Source: Tubulanus polymorphus (Eukaryota; Animalia; Nemertea). From it: a stretch of 64,000 nucleotides of DNA. The DNA lies in NCBI RefSeq assembly GCF_964204645.1, contig NC_134026.1, positions 20,370,150 to 20,434,149 of the forward strand, written 5' to 3'. This document shows positions 61,026-64,000 of this stretch, piece after piece. Under the pieces are notes generated by a model. The model was given only the letters and a program-made list of their open reading frames with translations. It was not told the DNA's origin and made no database searches. Both the position numbers and the translations under genes were made by a program. Numbering within the stretch: the stretch's first letter is position 1; each line of letters begins with the position of its first letter.

Positions 61026-64000
61026 TATATATCATATAATTCATATCGTGTTACGTATTGTTGACAATATTAAGTAATGTACAGGTTTTGCATGAATAAA
61101 CTTTCAAATTAGTTTTCTCGTTTGATTCAGGAGCATATTCCGTAGACGACCCAATGTCGAAGTTTTGGGTTAGATTTGACTTAGTCCATTTTTTTTAAAG
61201 TAGCTCGCCGCACTGTGCAACTGAATGCAGCTGTAACGATTAAGCAACCGAAAGTCTAGATTGGAGTTGAATGGCTTGAAAGTGTCGAGAGATTCTTCTG
61301 AATTCCTCAAATAGACAAGATGACAATCGATTTTCTATGATGAATAGTAACAATAGTTTATTCAGCCATCTTTGCATACCTCATTGTTAATGCTAAAGCA
61401 CGCACAACATGGATAGGTGGTAGCACCACCTTACAATCATAAGGGTAAAAACAATACTTAATATTAGATCCCAATACTTTATGTTAGATCCTTCAGACTA
61501 CATAGATTTCCCAATCCCCACGATTATTCATCTCAACTGAAAGTAGATGTAAACCGCATCGTACCGGCGCTAGTACGCATATACGTAGCAAATCGGCGTT
61601 ACGGGAAATGGGTTGTAAGGCTTCTATTTCATGGTCGTTGGTCCCGTCCAATCGTTTTGTGTCATTGGCAGGTTATACACACCGATAGCGGCCGTCCACG
61701 TCAAGATGTAGCTGAACTGTTGGTGCATTAATGAAAATAAAAGCTGCCTTCCATAAACGATTTTACGGCGTGGAGCCGAAATCATTTCCGGTAGTCGCGC
61801 AAAATATATTGTCTCCGAGAATAGAATTTATCTGCCGCCGTGAAGTTTTGATGGCCCGTTAGTGATATAGATGAACGCAGATGGAAAATGATACATCTAC
61901 CGCGTCGTAATTTTTCATTTATTGCCACTCCGATGTCAGAAAGTCAAACGGCAGAAAATGACTATTACATGAGAATGTCCGACACTAACCGTGGAATTGA
62001 CATTAGTTTGTCGGGTATAAATTGCGATTGTATCGTTCGCCGTGTGTATTAAGATATTTCATTTGTTCGTCGGTATACACCGCGGCGCTGCGCTGCTACT
62101 GCTGCTGCTCCGAGGGGTACGCGCCGACACGAATCCGTGAGCGAATTATTACGTAAATTACGCGCGCGGCCACAACGACCCACGTGGCGGGAAATGCCGT
62201 TTTTTATTTGCTGCTAAACAATATACGAACACGAGTGTCCCATAAAACGGATAAACGAACGACCGGTGCGTTGGGTAACGACCGTCGTCGGTATAGAAAA
62301 ATTATCGTAGTACTTACGATATTCATTCTGCTCATTCAACTATTACCAACGAGTAGGTTTTTTCCGATGTTTCATTCATAAACGAACAAGGACTTAAGTA
62401 ACCGTTACAAAGATACAGCCACAGATATCATCTTGAAATAAAGCAGAAGCCAAAATTGATAGATAGAATTTTGTAGAAGAACTAAAATGCAAATATAATG
62501 ATTTGCCGATTTTTTTTTTCAAATGCACTTTTTTATAATGATAATTATTTGATTTGAATAGGCCCCCTTTTCCCTGTATAACAATATTCAACGGCGCTGT
62601 TGATAGCAAAACTTCCTAGCATCTTTGAAAAGGATAGTTTGCAGTTTGCATCTGAATGACAGAACTGATGACTCTGAACGAAGCGATGGTGGTAGAGGGT
62701 TCCATTATAACTAAGAATGAACGGCGATCGACTTGATATTTTTGCTTAATAATGCATACTTATTTGGTCGTTCGTGCATGCATCGAGACATAGATACTCG
62801 GTCAGTAGGCACACTTTTTTCCACTGTCATCCCTGCCCTTAACAATTGCAGTTATTGAACGATTCGACGTCAATGTTCTCGGCGAAACCGTATCCCTCAA
62901 TGGAACAACGCCCTGAGAAAGAAAAACGTATTACATACAGCCAATGTCGCGGAATCTTATTTACAGAATGTCGGAATGAAAAGATACTTCGCGCACGCGA
63001 TTATGCTTTTCATGAAATCACCAACGGCGATGGCCAAATAATGTCAACTAGATCTTTATTGGATTGATCCGTTAGCTCGTCGCTCAAGAGAGAAATAAAC
63101 CCGATCGAACGGCCAAACACGATTTGATATCAAGGTCGCACTTTATTCCCTCTGAGAATATTCGCTTACGTGGGTTCTCGCTGGCGTTTGAATATTGCAA
63201 GAAAATCATTTTAGATATATAATTTCATTTCGACGTAATCCTTTTTCGTCTAAAATCTCATTATAAATCAATTCGTAAAAGTATGGCCTTCATATTTACG
63301 CAATAAAATGTATCGTAGATATTCTACAGTATATCCTAAAATATTCATGAAATAAGCGCAAATCATACGGTGAAGGAGTAAAAACTTAATCTAGAAATGT
63401 TTCGCATGTAACGTGCATTAGTCGATCTGTATTTGTCATCTGCACATTTCACATCATGTGAACCTTTTCCTCGAAACGATAAAGATTTACTGATTCCAAA
63501 TTATGAATTTTGTTGTATCTTTGTGGACGTGAGTGTGAATGGATCCCTTTTTTCTGTTCCCTTAGGGATATGTATGCCTTGAATACGTTAGCGTCCTGGG
63601 GACATCCTTTGCGAAAAATTGAAATCCTATCTTTTTGAGATATATTAATATTTGCGGAGAAAATAAATAAAATCATAATATATCATATTTACTTATAAAT
63701 GTCTAATCTTACTGTTTTGATAATTTTTTTTAAAAGTTTATCTGCGAAATAATGTAAATAAAATCCAATGTAATACAATATGTACGACTGAAAAAGTCGA
63801 AACATATCGAACGATTTGTCTACATAGTTCATCGATAGTTCACTAGACACGTACCGTACTGATTAGAATACCTGGTCCTAACCATCGAGCCCGAGGGACC
63901 CGTGCTTCGCAAGTAGACCATTTTCCTGGAAAAAAGAAGCTGTGCATACTTAGAACCACTGCTTGAGTTTAGATCTTACGGATGCCCGATATCAATTATA

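Overview
AT-rich, intron-containing animal genomic DNA, most likely from a marine invertebrate (inferred from the ApeC genes, CR1-group LINE and Penelope remnants). I spliced the genes by hand from GT/AG sites and reading-frame phase. From left to right: (1) a complete 5-exon CYP26 (retinoic-acid hydroxylase family P450) on the minus strand, with a dense cluster of DR5-spaced nuclear-receptor half-sites just downstream; (2) a 5-exon, 313-aa secreted-protein gene (minus strand, 8949-13887) that the ORF track shows only as fragments, whose helical pattern and 1-0-0-0 intron phases match long-chain class I helical cytokines (IL-6/G-CSF/GH type); (3) inside that gene, a 2.1-kb foldback DNA transposon (TATGG...CCATA termini, 6-bp TSD) built from E2F-site-like palindromes; (4) an uncharacterised basic/coiled-coil protein gene; (5) three intronless UDP-glycosyltransferase genes plus a 3' fragment, the three full copies all having Gln where the catalytic His is expected; (6) two divergent PAN/Apple + apextrin C-terminal (ApeC) genes; (7) a decayed CR1/L2-group LINE. 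Several MITEs, SINE fragments and hammerhead-bearing Penelope-type inverted repeats are scattered through the window, and the right-hand ~20 kb has no host gene I could find. No database search was possible, so all family calls rest on motif recognition.
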